64,000 nt of DNA, taken from positions 13,253 through 77,252 of the forward strand of contig CAWDYT010000003.1 in assembly GCA_963806695.1 (NCBI GenBank), in the 5' to 3' direction. The notes beneath the pieces are model-generated. The model saw nothing but the letters and a program-made list of their open reading frames with translations. It was not told the origin of the DNA and did no database searches. The position numbers were made by a program, and so were the translations under genes. The DNA comes from an uncultured Chloroflexia bacterium (GTDB taxonomy: Bacteria > Chloroflexota > Limnocylindria > QHBO01). This document shows, piece after piece, positions 9,290-21,339 of the stretch (within the stretch, counting starts at the first letter, position 1; each line of letters opens with the position of its first letter).

Positions 9290-10590
9290 ATCGTGCCCGA
9301 TCCGTAGTCGGCCAGGTACAGCTCGCCGTCGGTGTCCTCGCCGAAGCTCGAGATGCTGGCCCCGCTGTCGAGCAGGACATGCGGACCGGCGGAACGGGTC
9401 CCGGCGTCGGGTGGCTCGAGATCGGAGCGGACGCCGAAGAGCAGGCCGCTGCAGTAATCGCCGAACAGGTACCAGCCGGCGAGCCCGTCGATGGCCGATC
9501 CGCGGTAGACGTACCCGCCGGTGACCGAGCAGCCGAGGTCGCGGCCGTACTCCGCGACGGGCAGGATCAGCCCGTCGGACGAGCACCCGGCGACCGCGAA
9601 GCAGCTCGTTGCCTCCATGACGTTCCAGCCGAGATTCGCGCCGGCCGACGCCGCCGGGTCCATCACCCGGTTGATCTCCTCGAATGCGTTCTGGCCGACG
9701 TCGGCGATCCACAGCTCATCGGTGGCGCGATCGAAGCTGAAGCGCCACGGGTTGCGCAGCCCGATCAGGTACGCCTCCGGCGCTCCCTCGGCGCCGTCGG
9801 CGAAGGGGTTGTCCTGGGGGATGGCGTAGGCGCGATCACCCTGCGGCTCCGCGTCGACGTCGAGGCGCAGGATCTTGCCGAGCAGCGCGAACGGATTCTG
9901 CCCGTTGCCGTCCGGATCGCCCTGCGAGCCGCCGTCGCCGAGGCCGAGCCACAGCGTTCCGTCGGCGCCGAACGCGAGCTGCCCGCCGTTGTGGTTCGAG
10001 AACGGCTGCACCACGGAGAGGAGCACGCGCTCGGATGCAGGGTCGAGCACGGGCGCCCCGGCCGTGCCGCCGCCGGCGGCCCGGAACTCGGCCACCACGG
10101 TGTTGCCGTTGCGATCGCTGTAGTGCACGAAGGCGCGAGGGTCGCCGGGCCACCCCGGGTGGAGTGCCAGCCCGAGCAGGCCACGCTCGCCCCCGGCCAG
10201 CACCCGGTCGGCGAGGTCGAGGGTCATCGACATCTCGCCCGACTCCAGGTCGAGGGCGACGATCCGCCCGGCCTGCTCCTGGACGAGGAGCCAGCCCGCC
10301 GGGCCGGTCGCGATGCCGATCGGTGCCACCAGGCCCGACGCGAGCGCCTCGAGGGCCAGGGGCGGTGGCGCGTCGGCGATCGGTGGGGGTCCGGGGCTGG
10401 ACGACGCCGCGCTCGCAGCGGACGAGGCAGGAGCGCTTGCCGAGGGCAAGGCCGCCGCCGTGCGAGTGGGCTCGGCGCTGTCCGGCGGTGTCGCGGAGGA
10501 GGCGGTCGGATCGGGCCCGCCACACGCAGCCAGGAGCACGCTCGTGACCACCATGACGACCCTGCGGCGGGGCAGCGGCATCGGGCCCAT
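9265..10590 (-). CDS. PQQ-dependent sugar (glucose/sorbosone) dehydrogenase family lipoprotein, beta-propeller
   Basis: There is a lipoprotein signal (MGPMPLPRRRVVMVVTSVLLAACGG). The soluble GDH-family core includes LVQEQAGRIVALD, PFSNHNGGQLAFGADG, ALLGKILRLDVD, and LIGLRNPWRFSFD. The ORF-track entry 9265..12852 is this gene plus an antisense read-through of glgE. The start was chosen at the ATG at 10590. Confidence 0.85.
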   Translation of the reverse strand: MGPMPLPRRRVVMVVTSVLLAACGGPDPTASSATPPDSAEPTRTAAALPSASAPASSAASAASSSPGPPPIADAPPPLALEALASGLVAPIGIATGPAGWLLVQEQAGRIVALDLESGEMSMTLDLADRVLAGGERGLLGLALHPGWPGDPRAFVHYSDRNGNTVVAEFRAAGGGTAGAPVLDPASERVLLSVVQPFSNHNGGQLAFGADGTLWLGLGDGGSQGDPDGNGQNPFALLGKILRLDVDAEPQGDRAYAIPQDNPFADGAEGAPEAYLIGLRNPWRFSFDRATDELWIADVGQNAFEEINRVMDPAASAGANLGWNVMEATSCFAVAGCSSDGLILPVAEYGRDLGCSVTGGYVYRGSAIDGLAGWYLFGDYCSGLLFGVRSDLEPPDAGTRSAGPHVLLDSGASISSFGEDTDGELYLADYGSGTIYRIVAGS

Positions 10591-10623
10591 TGTGTGCCGA
10601 TCGGGTAGGGTTGCGCCACAGCC

Positions 10624-12708
10624 ATGACGACGACGAAGGAGAGCCTGCGCCGCGCCGTCGCCCACGCGGTCCGCCCGGCGCTCGAGGCCGGGCCCGAGGC
10701 GATCGGCACGCGGCGCAGCGTGATCATCGAGCGCATCCAGCCGGAGCTTGACGGCGGCCGCCATCCGGTGAAGCGGGTCGTCGGCGACCAGCTGGCAGTC
10801 ACCGCGGACATCTACGCCGACGGCCACGATCTGCTCGACGCCGCCCTCCTGCTGCGCGCCGACGACGAGGAGGCCTGGCAGCAGACGCCGATGCGGCCTG
10901 TCGACAACGACCGCTGGTGGGGGCACGTCGAGCTGCGCCGCAACCGCTGGCACCGCTACGCGATCGAGGCCTGGCGCGACGCGTGGAGCAGCTGGCGGCA
11001 CGGGCTGCATCGCAAGGTCGAGGCCTCGGTGCCGGTGCCGGTCGAGCTCGAGGAGGGCCGCATCCTCGTCGAAGCGGCGATGACGCGGGCGGAGGAGGCC
11101 GAGGCGGGCGACGACGTCCGCACGCTGCGCGACGCGATCGCACGGTTCCGACGGGCGCGATCGGAGTCCACTCGCATCGCCGCTCTCGACACCGACGAGG
11201 TCGCCGCCGCCATGGGCCGCCACCCCGATCGGCGCAGCGCAACACGGTCGGCGGAGCTGCCGCTCGTCGTCGATCGTGAGCGCGCGCGCACCGGGGCCTG
11301 GTACGAGCTGTTCCCACGGTCGCAGGGTCGCGATCCGACGCAGCCGAAGGCCACGACCTTCGCCGAGGCAGAGTGGCGGCTGGTCGACATCGCCGCCATG
11401 GGGTTCGACGTGGTCTACCTGCCGCCGATCCACCCCATCGGCCGGACGCACCGCAAGGGCCGCAACAACAGCCTCGAAGCGCGGCCCGACGATGTCGGGT
11501 CGCCGTACGCCATCGGCTCGGTCGACGGCGGGCATGACACGGTGGCGCCGGAGCTCGGTGGCCTCGACCAGTTCCTCCATTTCCGGAAGGCGGTCGAGGC
11601 GCGCGGGATGGAAGTGGCCATGGACCTTGCCATCCAGGCCTCCCCGGACCATCCCTGGGTGACGACGCACCCCGAGTGGTTCCGGCATTCTCCCGACGGG
11701 AGCATCAAGTACGCCGAGAACCCGCCGAAGAAGTACCAGGACATCTACCCGATCGCGTTCGACGACGAGGACGCATCGGCCCGTGCGGCGCTGTGGCACG
11801 AGTGGAAGCGAGTGTTCGAGGTCTGGATCGAGCGCGGGGTGCGGATCTTTCGGGTCGACAACCCGCACACCAAGCCGATCCCGTTCTGGGCGTGGCTGAT
11901 CCGCGAGATCCAGCGGGCGTACCCGGACGTGATCTTCCTGTCCGAGGCGTTCACGAAGCCGAAGATGATGCGACAGCTCGCCAAGGTCGGGTTCACGCAG
12001 AGCTACACGTACTTCACCTGGCGCGAGACGCCCGGAGAGCTGCGCGACTACTTCACCGAGCTCACCCAGAGCGAGATGCGCGAGTACTACCGCGGCAACC
12101 TGTTCACCAACACCCCGGACATCAATCCGCACCACCTCGACCATGGACGGCCGGCATTCATCGTCCGCACGGTGCTGGCGGCCACGCTGTCGAGCTCCTA
12201 CGGCATCTACTCCGGCTGGGAGCTGTGCGAGGCCGCCCGGCTCGGCGAGCGCGAGGAGTACCTCGACAGCGAGAAGTACGAGGTCCGCGCCCGTGATTGG
12301 GAGGCGCCGGGCAATATCAAGCTGCTGATCGGCGAGCTCAACCGTCTGCGCCGCGAGCGCCCGGCGCTCAGGCTGTACGACAACCTCCGATTCGAGCAGG
12401 CGACCGGCGAGCGCACGCTCTTCTATCGCAAGGCCGTGCCACACGGGAAGGTCGATCCGCTGACCGGTCATCCGAACCGATGGCGGGACCCGGTGTACGT
12501 CGCGGTCAACACCGACCCGCGGGTGGCCGAGCATGCGATCCTGCACCCGGACCTGCCGGCGATCGGCATCGGCTGGGACGAGCCCTACCGGATGACCGAC
12601 CTGCTGACGGGCGCCGTGTCGCGGGAGCGAGGGGCCGACGTGCCGCTCGTGCTCGACCCGGCGGGGGAGCCGTTCCGGATCTTCACGATCTCGCCCCTCG
12701 ATCGTTGA
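10624..12708 (+). CDS. glgE: Alpha-1,4-glucan:maltose-1-phosphate maltosyltransferase
   Basis: The N-terminus is typical of GlgE (VIIERIQPELDGGRHPVKRVVGD). The GH13_3 catalytic core includes GFDVVYLPPIHPIG, FRVDNPHTKP, and VIFLSEAFT. Length is 694 aa. Confidence 0.95.
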   Translation: MTTTKESLRRAVAHAVRPALEAGPEAIGTRRSVIIERIQPELDGGRHPVKRVVGDQLAVTADIYADGHDLLDAALLLRADDEEAWQQTPMRPVDNDRWWGHVELRRNRWHRYAIEAWRDAWSSWRHGLHRKVEASVPVPVELEEGRILVEAAMTRAEEAEAGDDVRTLRDAIARFRRARSESTRIAALDTDEVAAAMGRHPDRRSATRSAELPLVVDRERARTGAWYELFPRSQGRDPTQPKATTFAEAEWRLVDIAAMGFDVVYLPPIHPIGRTHRKGRNNSLEARPDDVGSPYAIGSVDGGHDTVAPELGGLDQFLHFRKAVEARGMEVAMDLAIQASPDHPWVTTHPEWFRHSPDGSIKYAENPPKKYQDIYPIAFDDEDASARAALWHEWKRVFEVWIERGVRIFRVDNPHTKPIPFWAWLIREIQRAYPDVIFLSEAFTKPKMMRQLAKVGFTQSYTYFTWRETPGELRDYFTELTQSEMREYYRGNLFTNTPDINPHHLDHGRPAFIVRTVLAATLSSSYGIYSGWELCEAARLGEREEYLDSEKYEVRARDWEAPGNIKLLIGELNRLRRERPALRLYDNLRFEQATGERTLFYRKAVPHGKVDPLTGHPNRWRDPVYVAVNTDPRVAEHAILHPDLPAIGIGWDEPYRMTDLLTGAVSRERGADVPLVLDPAGEPFRIFTISPLDR

Positions 12709-12742
12709 GGCGGCCGACCTGCCAGGAGGGTGACCAGGCCAC

Positions 12743-14461
12743 GTGAGTAGACCGAGCGATGGCGCGGGCGTGCACGAAGCTCCGGCGCGGACCGATGGCG
12801 GCGCCCCGCAGCTGCTGCGCGACGACCCCCACTGGTACAAGGACGCCATCATCTACCAGCTGCACGTCAAGTCCTTCGCCGACTCGAGCGACGATGGCGT
12901 CGGGGACTTCTCCGGGCTGACGTCCAAGCTGGACTACATCGCCGACCTGGGCGTGACGGCCATCTGGCTGCTGCCGTTCTATCCCTCACCGCTGCGGGAC
13001 GACGGCTACGACATCGCCGACTACACCCGCGTCCACCCCGACTACGGCACGCTGCGCGACTTTCGGACGTTCGTGCGCGAGGCCCATCGGCGCGGGCTGC
13101 GCGTGATCACCGAGCTCGTCATCAACCACACCAGCGACCAGCACCCCTGGTTCGTCGAGGCCCGGTCCAGCCGGACGAATCCGCGTCGCGACTGGTACGT
13201 GTGGAGCGACACGGACCAGAAGTACACCGAGGCGCGGATCATCTTCACCGACACCGAGTCCAGCAACTGGACCTGGGACCCGGAGTCGCAGCAGTACTAC
13301 TGGCATCGATTCTTCAGCCACCAGCCGGACCTGAACTTCGACAACGCGCAGGTCATCCGCGCGGTCCTGCGGGTGATGCGCTTCTGGCTCGACCTCGGCG
13401 TTGATGGGCTCCGGCTCGACGCCGTCCCGTACCTGGTCGAGCGTGAAGGGACGAACGGCGAGAACCTGCCCGAGACGCACGCCGTCCTGCGTCGCCTGCG
13501 CCAGGGCCTGGATGAGCGCTACACCGGGCGAATGCTGCTGGCCGAGGCGAACCAGTGGCCCCCGGACGTGCTGCCCTACTTCGGCACCCCCGACGAGCCG
13601 GAATGCCACATGGCATTCCACTTCCCGCTCATGCCGCGGATCTGGATCGCGCTGCGGCGGGAGGACCGCTATCCGATCGTCGAGATCATGGGGCAGACGC
13701 CGGAGACTCCCGACGAGGCCCAGTGGGCGCTCTTCCTCCGCAACCACGACGAGCTCACGCTCGAGATGGTCACCGACGAGGAGCGCGACTTCATGTACAC
13801 CGAGTACGCGCGCGACGCGAGGATGCGGATCAACGTCGGCATCCGGCGACGGCTGGCCCCGCTGGTCGATAACAGCCGCCGAAGGATGGAGCTGCTGACC
13901 TCGCTCCTGTTCAGCATGCGTGGCACGCCGGTGGTCTACTACGGCGACGAGATCGGGATGGGCGACAACGTCTACCTCGGCGACCGCAATGGCGTTCGCA
14001 CGCCGATGCAGTGGACGGGCGACCGCAACGCCGGCTTCAGCCGTGCCGATGTCCACGCCCTCTACGCGCCGCTGGTTGCCGATCCGGTCTACGGCTACCA
14101 GGCGGTGAACGTCGAGGCGCAGGAACGCGTGCCCGGATCCCTGCTGAACTGGATGAAGCGCCTGATCCGAGTCCGTCGCTCCCACCAGGTCTTCGGGCGT
14201 GGCTCACTCGACTTCCTGCATCCGGAGAACCGGCGCGTGCTCGCCTACCTGCGCGAGCACGAGGGCGTGACGATCCTGTGCGTCGCCAACCTGTCGCGCT
14301 TCGCCCAGTACGTGGAGCTCGACCTGTCGCGCTTCGCGAGGCGACAGCCGATCGAGCTGATCGGGCGCGTCCACTTCCCCCGCATCGGCGAGCTGCCGTA
14401 CCTGCTGACGCTGGGGCCGCACGACTTCTTCTGGTTCGAGCTCGTCGATGGCGGCGGCTGA
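12743..14461 (+). CDS. treS: Trehalose synthase (maltose alpha-D-glucosyltransferase)
   Basis: Motifs are characteristic of TreS and GH13 ([49 protein letters not shown]; [10 protein letters not shown]; EANQWP; NHDELTLE). An RBS (AGGAGGG) lies upstream of the GTG start. Confidence 0.95.
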   Translation: MSRPSDGAGVHEAPARTDGGAPQLLRDDPHWYKDAIIYQLHVKSFADSSDDGVGDFSGLTSKLDYIADLGVTAIWLLPFYPSPLRDDGYDIADYTRVHPDYGTLRDFRTFVREAHRRGLRVITELVINHTSDQHPWFVEARSSRTNPRRDWYVWSDTDQKYTEARIIFTDTESSNWTWDPESQQYYWHRFFSHQPDLNFDNAQVIRAVLRVMRFWLDLGVDGLRLDAVPYLVEREGTNGENLPETHAVLRRLRQGLDERYTGRMLLAEANQWPPDVLPYFGTPDEPECHMAFHFPLMPRIWIALRREDRYPIVEIMGQTPETPDEAQWALFLRNHDELTLEMVTDEERDFMYTEYARDARMRINVGIRRRLAPLVDNSRRRMELLTSLLFSMRGTPVVYYGDEIGMGDNVYLGDRNGVRTPMQWTGDRNAGFSRADVHALYAPLVADPVYGYQAVNVEAQERVPGSLLNWMKRLIRVRRSHQVFGRGSLDFLHPENRRVLAYLREHEGVTILCVANLSRFAQYVELDLSRFARRQPIELIGRVHFPRIGELPYLLTLGPHDFFWFELVDGGG

Positions 14462-15029
14462 GCGGCTTCCGACCGTCATCCGCGCCGCGGTGGTCGAGGA
14501 CGCCGAGGCGATGGGCGGCATCGCCCAGCGGTCGTGGGCGGCGACCTACCCCGGGATCGTGCCGGATCCGGTGCTCGCCGAGTGGATCGCCGAGGCGCCG
14601 GACGGCTGGCGGAACGCGCTCGCCGCGATCGGCCCGGACAGTCCCGCCCGGATCTGGGTCGGCGAACGGGAGGGCGCGGTGCTGGGCTACGCGACGACCA
14701 CGCCCGCCAAGGACACCTGGCTGCCACCGCCGGATGGTGCCGGCGAGCTGACGAACCTGTATCTCGATCCTGGGGCCATCGGCACCGGGCTCGGACGGCA
14801 GCTGTACGAGCATGCCGTCGACGACCTCCGGGAGCGCGGCTTCGACCCGCTGGTGGTCTGGGCGTTCCGCGACAACCCGCTGGCACGGCGCTTCTACCCG
14901 AAGATGGGCCTGACCATCGACGTCGCCGACCACCACTGGGTGCTGGGCGGTATCCCGTGCCCGATCGTCCGGTTCCGGCGCGACTGGACGGCATCGGACG
15001 TCGCGAGCGGACTGCCCGACGGGGCATGA
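14448..15029 (+). CDS. GNAT family N-acetyltransferase
   Basis: Acetyl-CoA binding and GNAT motifs are present ([28 protein letters not shown]). The start overlaps the treS 3' end. The stop overlaps the pep2 start (ATGA). Confidence 0.8.
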   Translation: MAAAERLPTVIRAAVVEDAEAMGGIAQRSWAATYPGIVPDPVLAEWIAEAPDGWRNALAAIGPDSPARIWVGEREGAVLGYATTTPAKDTWLPPPDGAGELTNLYLDPGAIGTGLGRQLYEHAVDDLRERGFDPLVVWAFRDNPLARRFYPKMGLTIDVADHHWVLGGIPCPIVRFRRDWTASDVASGLPDGA

Positions 15030-16339
15030 CCGCCCCGGTCCCGGACGCCGCCTGGCTCGTTGCCCAGCGTTGGTTCCGCTCCAAGCATCGGCAGGTCGTC
15101 GGGGTCCGAGAGCTCGATCGCGCCGCCCTCACCGCCTCGGCCGCCCTCGTCGTGCTCGAGGTCACGTACCGGGACGGCGGCGACGTGGATCACTACCTGC
15201 TGCCGATGTCCGACCGGGGGGAACCTGCCGATGGCGACGGCGCCTGGCGTGCGCTCGCCGAGGCGATGCTCGCCGGTGGCGAGCTCCGGGGTGCGAGGGG
15301 AACCTTCGTCGCCGCGCCCACGCCGGCCGGTGACCGATTTCCCGGCGGTCCCGACGCGGTCGCGCGGCTCGACGAACGGCGGCTGGGCGTCGAGCAGTCG
15401 AACACCTCGATCCTGCTCGGCGACCGCCTGATCCTGAAGCTGTATCGGCTGCTGGAGCCCGGGACGAACCCCGACCTGGAGGTCGGCCTCTTCCTGACCG
15501 ATGCGGGCTTCGCGGACACGCCGGCGGTGGCCGGCTCGCTGGTCCATGTCCGTCACGACGGGGAGGCGGCGGCCGCGGGGATGCTCCAGGTCTTCGTGCC
15601 GTCGCACGGCGACGCGTGGTTTGCGATGCTGGAACTGCTGGCCACCGACCGGGACGCGGCCACTGGCCTGGCGCGCGCGATCGGTGCGGTGACCGCAGGC
15701 CTGCACGCAGCGCTGGCGTCGCGCCCGGACCATCCCGGGTTCGCGGTGCGGACTGCGACCGACCTCGATACGACCGCATGGCGCGCATCGGCCGATCGCG
15801 AGCTGGAGGCGGCGATCGGCGCTGTGACGGGCGACGAGCGCGCGCGCCTGGTGGCCCTGGCGCCGCGGCTGCGGGGTCGATTGGCGGACAGCTTCGGCGC
15901 GGCCGCCGGAGCGGCTCGCGTCAGCCGCATCCATGGCGACTATCACCTCGGCCAGCTGCTGGCGCGCGACGATGGTGGCATCAGCGTCATCGACTTCGAG
16001 GGCGAGCCGGCCCGGTCGCTGGCCGAGCGGCGTCTCCCGGGGTCGCCCCTGCGCGACGTGGCGGGAATGCTCCGCAGTCTCGACTACGCGGCCCGCACCG
16101 CGGCGGTGCGCGGCGGTGCGGGCGGCTTCGATGCGGGCGCGTGGCTGAACCAGGCGCGCGCCGCCTTCCTGGATGCCTATGGGGAGATCGGCGAGGCGGA
16201 GCGCTCGCTTCTCGACGCGTTCGAGCTCGAGAAGGCGTGCTACGAGGTCCGCTACGAGTCCGCCAACCGTCCCGCGTGGCTGTGGCTCCCGCTCGAGGGG
16301 ATCGAGCGCCTATCCGACGGCGCTGCTCCACCACGCTGA
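15026..16339 (+). CDS. mak: Maltokinase (maltose 1-kinase, Pep2/Mak)
   Basis: The N-terminus is typical of Mak (WLVAQRWFRSKHRQV). The aminoglycoside-phosphotransferase-like catalytic region contains IHGDYHLGQLL and VIDFEGEP. The start was chosen at the ATG at 15026, within the longer ORF 14534..16339. Confidence 0.9.
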   Translation: MTAPVPDAAWLVAQRWFRSKHRQVVGVRELDRAALTASAALVVLEVTYRDGGDVDHYLLPMSDRGEPADGDGAWRALAEAMLAGGELRGARGTFVAAPTPAGDRFPGGPDAVARLDERRLGVEQSNTSILLGDRLILKLYRLLEPGTNPDLEVGLFLTDAGFADTPAVAGSLVHVRHDGEAAAAGMLQVFVPSHGDAWFAMLELLATDRDAATGLARAIGAVTAGLHAALASRPDHPGFAVRTATDLDTTAWRASADRELEAAIGAVTGDERARLVALAPRLRGRLADSFGAAAGAARVSRIHGDYHLGQLLARDDGGISVIDFEGEPARSLAERRLPGSPLRDVAGMLRSLDYAARTAAVRGGAGGFDAGAWLNQARAAFLDAYGEIGEAERSLLDAFELEKACYEVRYESANRPAWLWLPLEGIERLSDGAAPPR

Positions 16340-17260
16340 GTCCGGTCGATACGGTGCTGCCGGGCGTCCCACCGCATCGGTCTCGAAGCGATAGACGAGC
16401 CCTGCCGCAGGGTCGGCGCGACGCTCCTGCTCGGTCCAGTTCTCGGTGGCGGTCGTGACATACAGCCGGCGCAGACCCGTGCCTCCGAAGGCGCATGACG
16501 TGGTCTGGGTGGCAGGAACGTGCAGCTCCTGGCGCAGCACGCCCTCCGGGGAGTAGCGCTGGACCCGCCCGCCGCCGAAGATCGCCACCCAGATGTCGCC
16601 TGCGGCATCGACCGTCAACCCGTCCGGCCCGGCGCCGACCTCTGCCACGGTGACCAGGATGCGCCCGTCCGAGATCGTGCCGCGTTCGAGGTCGAACGAG
16701 AAGGCATGGATGACCCGCGGCACGGTATCGGCCAGGTACATCGTCCCCCCGTCGGGACTCCAGCCGATGCCGTTGGAGATGGTCAGGCCGTCGAGCATCA
16801 GCTCGGTGTGCCCGTCCCGCTCGAGTCGGTACAGCGCGCCGGCTCCGGCGCGGTTGTCGTGCGCCTTCGTGCCGGCCCAGAACCTCCCGAGTGCATCGCA
16901 TGCCGCATCGTTCATGCGCGTGCCTTCCGGGGCGACATCGGCGAGGGTCCGTTGCGTGCCGTCGACGGCGAGGTGGACGAAGCCCCGGCCCGCGGCGAGC
17001 ATCCAGCCCTCGTCACCCTCGATCGGCGCGACGGCGCCAGCAGTGCCCGGTACCTGGTATCTGGCGACCGAGATGAGGCCCCCGTCGTCCTCGACGCGGT
17101 CGCGGAAGACCCGCCCAGCCACGATGTCGACCCGCAGCAGCTCGTCGCGGCGGGCGTCCCAGCGCGCCCCCTCGCCGAGGATGTTCTGTTCGACCGTGCA
17201 CGCCACTGCGCCACCGACTGCGCTCGGGTCGGGTGTGCCTTCGCCGGCCGATCCGCTCAC
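16310..17260 (-). CDS. SMP-30/gluconolactonase/LRE family protein
   Basis: The six-bladed propeller signature is present ([17 protein letters not shown]; [10 protein letters not shown]; LYVTTA). Length is 316 aa. The 3' end overlaps the mak 3' end. Confidence 0.8.
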   Translation of the reverse strand: MSGSAGEGTPDPSAVGGAVACTVEQNILGEGARWDARRDELLRVDIVAGRVFRDRVEDDGGLISVARYQVPGTAGAVAPIEGDEGWMLAAGRGFVHLAVDGTQRTLADVAPEGTRMNDAACDALGRFWAGTKAHDNRAGAGALYRLERDGHTELMLDGLTISNGIGWSPDGGTMYLADTVPRVIHAFSFDLERGTISDGRILVTVAEVGAGPDGLTVDAAGDIWVAIFGGGRVQRYSPEGVLRQELHVPATQTTSCAFGGTGLRRLYVTTATENWTEQERRADPAAGLVYRFETDAVGRPAAPYRPDSAWWSSAVG

Positions 17261-17382
17261 GGGCGAAGGATACGCGCGTCCCCGATGCGAGCCCCACCCC
17301 GCCCCGGCAGCGGGTACCCTTCGCCGGTGAGCCCGTTCGCGGACGGTCCGCCGCCGTCCTCCGTCACAGTCAGCGCCCTGAC

Positions 17383-19518
17383 GTGCCGCTGAGGGTCTGG
17401 CGCGGCGCGCCGTACCCGCTGGGCGCGACGTGGGACGGCTCGGGGGTGAATTTCGCCCTGTTCAGCGAGAACGCCGAAGCGGTCGACCTGTGCCTGTTCG
17501 ACGCCGATGGCACCGAGCAACGGGTCCGCCTGACCGAGCAGACCGACCTCGTCTGGCACTGCTACCTGCCCGACATGCGTCCCGGACAGCGCTACGGGTA
17601 CCGCGTCCACGGCCCGTATGCGCCGGACCGCGGCCATCGGTTCAACCCGAACAAGCTGCTGATCGACCCGTATGCCAAGCGGATCGCCGGCGGCGTGCGC
17701 TGGGATGACGCGCTGTTCGGCTATCGCATCGGCGCGGATGGCGACCAGGCGCCGGATGATCGGGACAGCTCCTCGTTCACGCCCAAGAGCGTCGTGATCA
17801 ACCAGGCGTTCGTGTGGGGTGGCGACGCGCGGCCGCGCACGCCGTTCGACCTCACCCTGATCTACGAGGTCCACGTGAAGGGCTTCACGATGCTGCATCC
17901 CGACGTGCCGGAGGAGCTGCGCGGCACGTACGCCGGCATGGGCTCGGCGCCGGCCATCGACTACCTCACCTCCCTCGGCATCACGGCGGTCGAGCTGCTG
18001 CCGGTGCACCAGCACGTCACCGATCGGCACCTCGTCGAGCGAGGCCTGTCGAACTACTGGGGCTACAACACCATCGGCTTCTTTGCTCCGGACGTCCGCT
18101 TCTCGGCCACCGGCGAGCCGGTGAGCGAATTCAAGACCATGGTGAAGCGGTTTCACGACGCGGGGATCGAGATCATCCTCGACGTGGTCTACAACCACAC
18201 CGGGGAAGGCAGCCACCTCGGGCCGACCATCAGCTTCCGCGGCATCGACAACGCGGCCTACTACCGGCTCGACCCCGAGGACCGCCGCTACTACGTCGAC
18301 TACACCGGCACCGGCAACACGCTCGACGCCACCAGTCCCCGCGTCCTGCAGCTGATCATGGACTCGCTGCGCTACTGGGTGACCGAGATGCATGTCGACG
18401 GCTTTCGCTTCGACCTGGCGTCGGCATTGGCGCGCGAGATGTACGACGTCGACAAGCTGGGGAGCTTCTTCGACATCATCCACCAGGACCCGGTGATCAG
18501 CCAGGTCAAGCTCATCGCCGAGCCGTGGGACGTCGGGCCCGGCGGCTACCAGGTCGGCAACTTCCCGGTTGGCTGGGCCGAGTGGAACGGGAAGTACCGC
18601 GACACGGTGCGCCGGTTCTGGAAGGGAGTCGGCAGCCAGGCAGCCGAGCTCGGGTATCGGCTGAGCGGCAGCTCCGACCTGTACGCCGGATCCGGCCGCC
18701 GTCCGCATGCCAGCGTGAACTTCGTGACCGCCCACGACGGCTTCACGCTCCACGATCTCGTCAGCTACGAGTCCAAGCACAACGAGGCGAACGGCGAGAA
18801 CAACCGAGACGGTGACGACAACAACGAGAGCATGAACTTCGGCGTCGAGGGGGAGACCGATGAGGAGGCCATCATCGAGGCCCGCGAGCGCCAGAAGCGC
18901 AACCTCCTCGCCACCCTCATGCTGAGCCAGGGTGTGCCGATGCTGCTGGGCGGGGACGAGATCGGCCGCACGCAGGGCGGCAACAACAACGGGTACGCGC
19001 AGGACAACGAGACCAGCTGGTTCTCGTGGGAGGTCAGCCGCCGTGACCGCCAGCTGCTCGGGTTCACCCGCTCGCTGATCCGCCTGTTCCTTCACCACCC
19101 GGTCCTGCGCCGCCGCCGCTTCTTCCAGGGCCGGCAGATTCGGGGTTCGCGCGTGAAGGACCTCACCTGGTTCGCCCCGGACGGATCGGAGATGAACGAC
19201 GAGCAGTGGGGGACGCCGGGCGTGAAGGCGTTGGGCCTCCAGTACGCCGGGGACGCGATCGACGACCGCGGCCCGCGCGGCGAGCGGATCGTGGACGACA
19301 CCCTGCTGGTCATCCTCAACGCCGACGACCGCCCGGTCGCCTTCACCCTGCCGAACCACGAGGTCGCGAGACGCTGGGAGGTCGTGTTCGACACCGTCCA
19401 CCGCACGTTCACCGCCGCTCACGGGGAGCATGCCGGTGGCGCGGTCCTGCGGGTCGCCGAGCGGTCGGTGGTCTGCCTGCGGAGGCTGCCGCGCGTTCGA
19501 CGTACCGGCGGAGGATGA
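17383..19518 (+). CDS. glgX: Glycogen debranching enzyme (isoamylase-type)
   Basis: Motifs include the N-terminal [52 protein letters not shown], and AEPWD. A GTG start at 17383 is preferred over the ORF-track 17233. The stop overlaps the malQ start. Confidence 0.9.
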   Translation: MPLRVWRGAPYPLGATWDGSGVNFALFSENAEAVDLCLFDADGTEQRVRLTEQTDLVWHCYLPDMRPGQRYGYRVHGPYAPDRGHRFNPNKLLIDPYAKRIAGGVRWDDALFGYRIGADGDQAPDDRDSSSFTPKSVVINQAFVWGGDARPRTPFDLTLIYEVHVKGFTMLHPDVPEELRGTYAGMGSAPAIDYLTSLGITAVELLPVHQHVTDRHLVERGLSNYWGYNTIGFFAPDVRFSATGEPVSEFKTMVKRFHDAGIEIILDVVYNHTGEGSHLGPTISFRGIDNAAYYRLDPEDRRYYVDYTGTGNTLDATSPRVLQLIMDSLRYWVTEMHVDGFRFDLASALAREMYDVDKLGSFFDIIHQDPVISQVKLIAEPWDVGPGGYQVGNFPVGWAEWNGKYRDTVRRFWKGVGSQAAELGYRLSGSSDLYAGSGRRPHASVNFVTAHDGFTLHDLVSYESKHNEANGENNRDGDDNNESMNFGVEGETDEEAIIEARERQKRNLLATLMLSQGVPMLLGGDEIGRTQGGNNNGYAQDNETSWFSWEVSRRDRQLLGFTRSLIRLFLHHPVLRRRRFFQGRQIRGSRVKDLTWFAPDGSEMNDEQWGTPGVKALGLQYAGDAIDDRGPRGERIVDDTLLVILNADDRPVAFTLPNHEVARRWEVVFDTVHRTFTAAHGEHAGGAVLRVAERSVVCLRRLPRVRRTGGG

Positions 19519-21332
19519 CCGCCGCTCCGCTCGTCGAGATGACGTACGTCGACGCCTATCGGCAGCGGCGCACGGTGACACCGGAGATCCGGTCAGCCGT
19601 CCTGGCGACCATGGGCCTCGACGACGAGGTCGCCGTGCCGGCCATCGACGCCGTGGCGGTGGTCCGGCCGGGGGGCCGCCTGCCGGCGACCGGGACGGTG
19701 CGTCTCGAGGACGGCTCCGACCTGGGAAGGATCGACGCCCTGCCGGCCGATGCCCCCTTCGGTTACCACCACCTCGAGCGCCCTGACGGTCAGCACCAGC
19801 TGCTGATCACGGGTCCCGGCCGGTGCCACCTGCCCGCCGGCCTGCGCACGTGGGGTCTGGCCGTGCAGCTCGCGACGATGCGCTCCGGGCGCAGCTGGGG
19901 CATCGGGGATCTCGCGGACCTGCGGGAGCTCGGCCGCTGGGCGTCCTCGCGGGGCGCCGGGTTCCTGGCGGTCAGCCCGCTCGGCGCACCCAACCCCGGT
20001 CCGGCGCCGGAGCCAAGCCCGTACTACCCGAGCACGCGGCGATTCGCCAACCCGCTTCACCTGCGGCTCGAGGAGATCGCCGGCGCATCGATCGACGACG
20101 AGCTGGCTCGGGCGGGTCGTGCGCTCAACGACGACCGTCCGATCGATCGCGGACGCGTCTGGACGCTGAAGCGTACGGCGCTCGAGCGGATCTGGGACGC
20201 GGGGATCCGGGACCGGGATGCCTTCGAGGGGTGGCGGAATGCGCAGGGCGACGCGCTCGAGCGGTGGGGAAGATTCTGCGTGCTGACCGAGCGCCACGGA
20301 CCCGGCTGGCAGTCATGGCCGTCCGATCTGCGGGACTCCGATGGGCCGGGACCGGCGACGATCGCGCGGGACGCGCCCGATCGCGTCGCCTTCCACGCAT
20401 GGATCCAGTGGTGCCTCGACCTTCAGCTGGCGGCGGCGTCCGCGCCGGTGGCCCGCGTCGCCGACATGCCGATCGGCGTCGATCCCGGCGGCTTCGACGC
20501 GTGGGACTGGCAGGAGACGCTAGCGCTCGGCGCGTCGATCGGTGCGCCGCCCGACCGCTTCACGACTGCCGGCCAGGAGTGGGGGCTCCCGCCGTTCATC
20601 CCGCATCGGCTCCGCGCGGCCGGGTACCGGCCGTTCATCGAGACGCTCCGCGCTCAGCTGCGGCATGCCGGGGGGTTGCGGATCGACCATGTGCTCGGGC
20701 TCTTCCGGCTGTGGTGGATCCCGGCCGGCAGGGCGCCCGACGCCGGAGCGTACGTTCGATCCGCTCCCGACGAGCTGCTCGAGATCGTGGCCATCGAGAG
20801 CCACCGTGCCGGCGCGATCGTCATCGGCGAGGATCTCGGCACCGTCCCGCCCGGCGTCCGCGCCGAGCTGCGTCGCCGGCGCCTCCTCTCGACGCGGCTG
20901 ATCGTCTTCGAGCGCGTGCCGCCGGCCCGCTACCCGCGCCAGTCGTTCGCCGCGGTGACCACGCATGACCTGCCGACCATCGGCGGCATCCTGTCAGGCT
21001 CCGATCTCGCCGACCAGGCGGCGGCGGGTCTGGCCCCCGACCCGGACGCGCTGGAGCTGCTCCGATCCCGACTCACCGACGCCGCCGGCGTCGGTGATGG
21101 CGCCGACCCATCGACCATCGTGGCGGCCGTACACGCACGCCTGGCAGCCTCGCCATCGGCGCTGGTGGCCGGCTCCCTCGAGGATGCCCTCGGCGTGGCC
21201 GAGCGCCCTAACCTTCCAGGCACCGTCGCGCACCAGCGTCCGAACTGGTCGCAGCCACTGCCGAAGACCCTCGAGCAGATCGTGGTCGACCCGCGGGTCG
21301 AGCGGCTGGCCGCCTCCCTGCGGCGAACGTGA
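19515..21332 (+). CDS. malQ: 4-alpha-glucanotransferase (amylomaltase)
   Basis: GH77 motifs are present ([16 protein letters not shown]; [10 protein letters not shown]; [16 protein letters not shown]; IGEDLGTVP). The ATG at 19515 overlaps the glgX stop (ATGA). Confidence 0.9.
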   Translation: MTAAPLVEMTYVDAYRQRRTVTPEIRSAVLATMGLDDEVAVPAIDAVAVVRPGGRLPATGTVRLEDGSDLGRIDALPADAPFGYHHLERPDGQHQLLITGPGRCHLPAGLRTWGLAVQLATMRSGRSWGIGDLADLRELGRWASSRGAGFLAVSPLGAPNPGPAPEPSPYYPSTRRFANPLHLRLEEIAGASIDDELARAGRALNDDRPIDRGRVWTLKRTALERIWDAGIRDRDAFEGWRNAQGDALERWGRFCVLTERHGPGWQSWPSDLRDSDGPGPATIARDAPDRVAFHAWIQWCLDLQLAAASAPVARVADMPIGVDPGGFDAWDWQETLALGASIGAPPDRFTTAGQEWGLPPFIPHRLRAAGYRPFIETLRAQLRHAGGLRIDHVLGLFRLWWIPAGRAPDAGAYVRSAPDELLEIVAIESHRAGAIVIGEDLGTVPPGVRAELRRRRLLSTRLIVFERVPPARYPRQSFAAVTTHDLPTIGGILSGSDLADQAAAGLAPDPDALELLRSRLTDAAGVGDGADPSTIVAAVHARLAASPSALVAGSLEDALGVAERPNLPGTVAHQRPNWSQPLPKTLEQIVVDPRVERLAASLRRT

Positions 21333-21339
21333 ACGGCGG

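Noticed and set aside
9265-12852. 1195-aa minus-strand ORF
   Set aside because: Only the 9265-10590 part is a real gene (the PQQ-type dehydrogenase lipoprotein). The remainder is stop-free antisense of glgE, typical of high-GC DNA, with a low-complexity Arg/Pro/Gly-rich translation.
12986-14185. 399-aa minus-strand ORF inside treS
   Set aside because: Antisense to trehalose synthase, with no domain signal.
17257-19581. 774-aa minus-strand ORF inside glgX
   Set aside because: Antisense to the glycogen debranching enzyme. Stop-free by GC-content chance.
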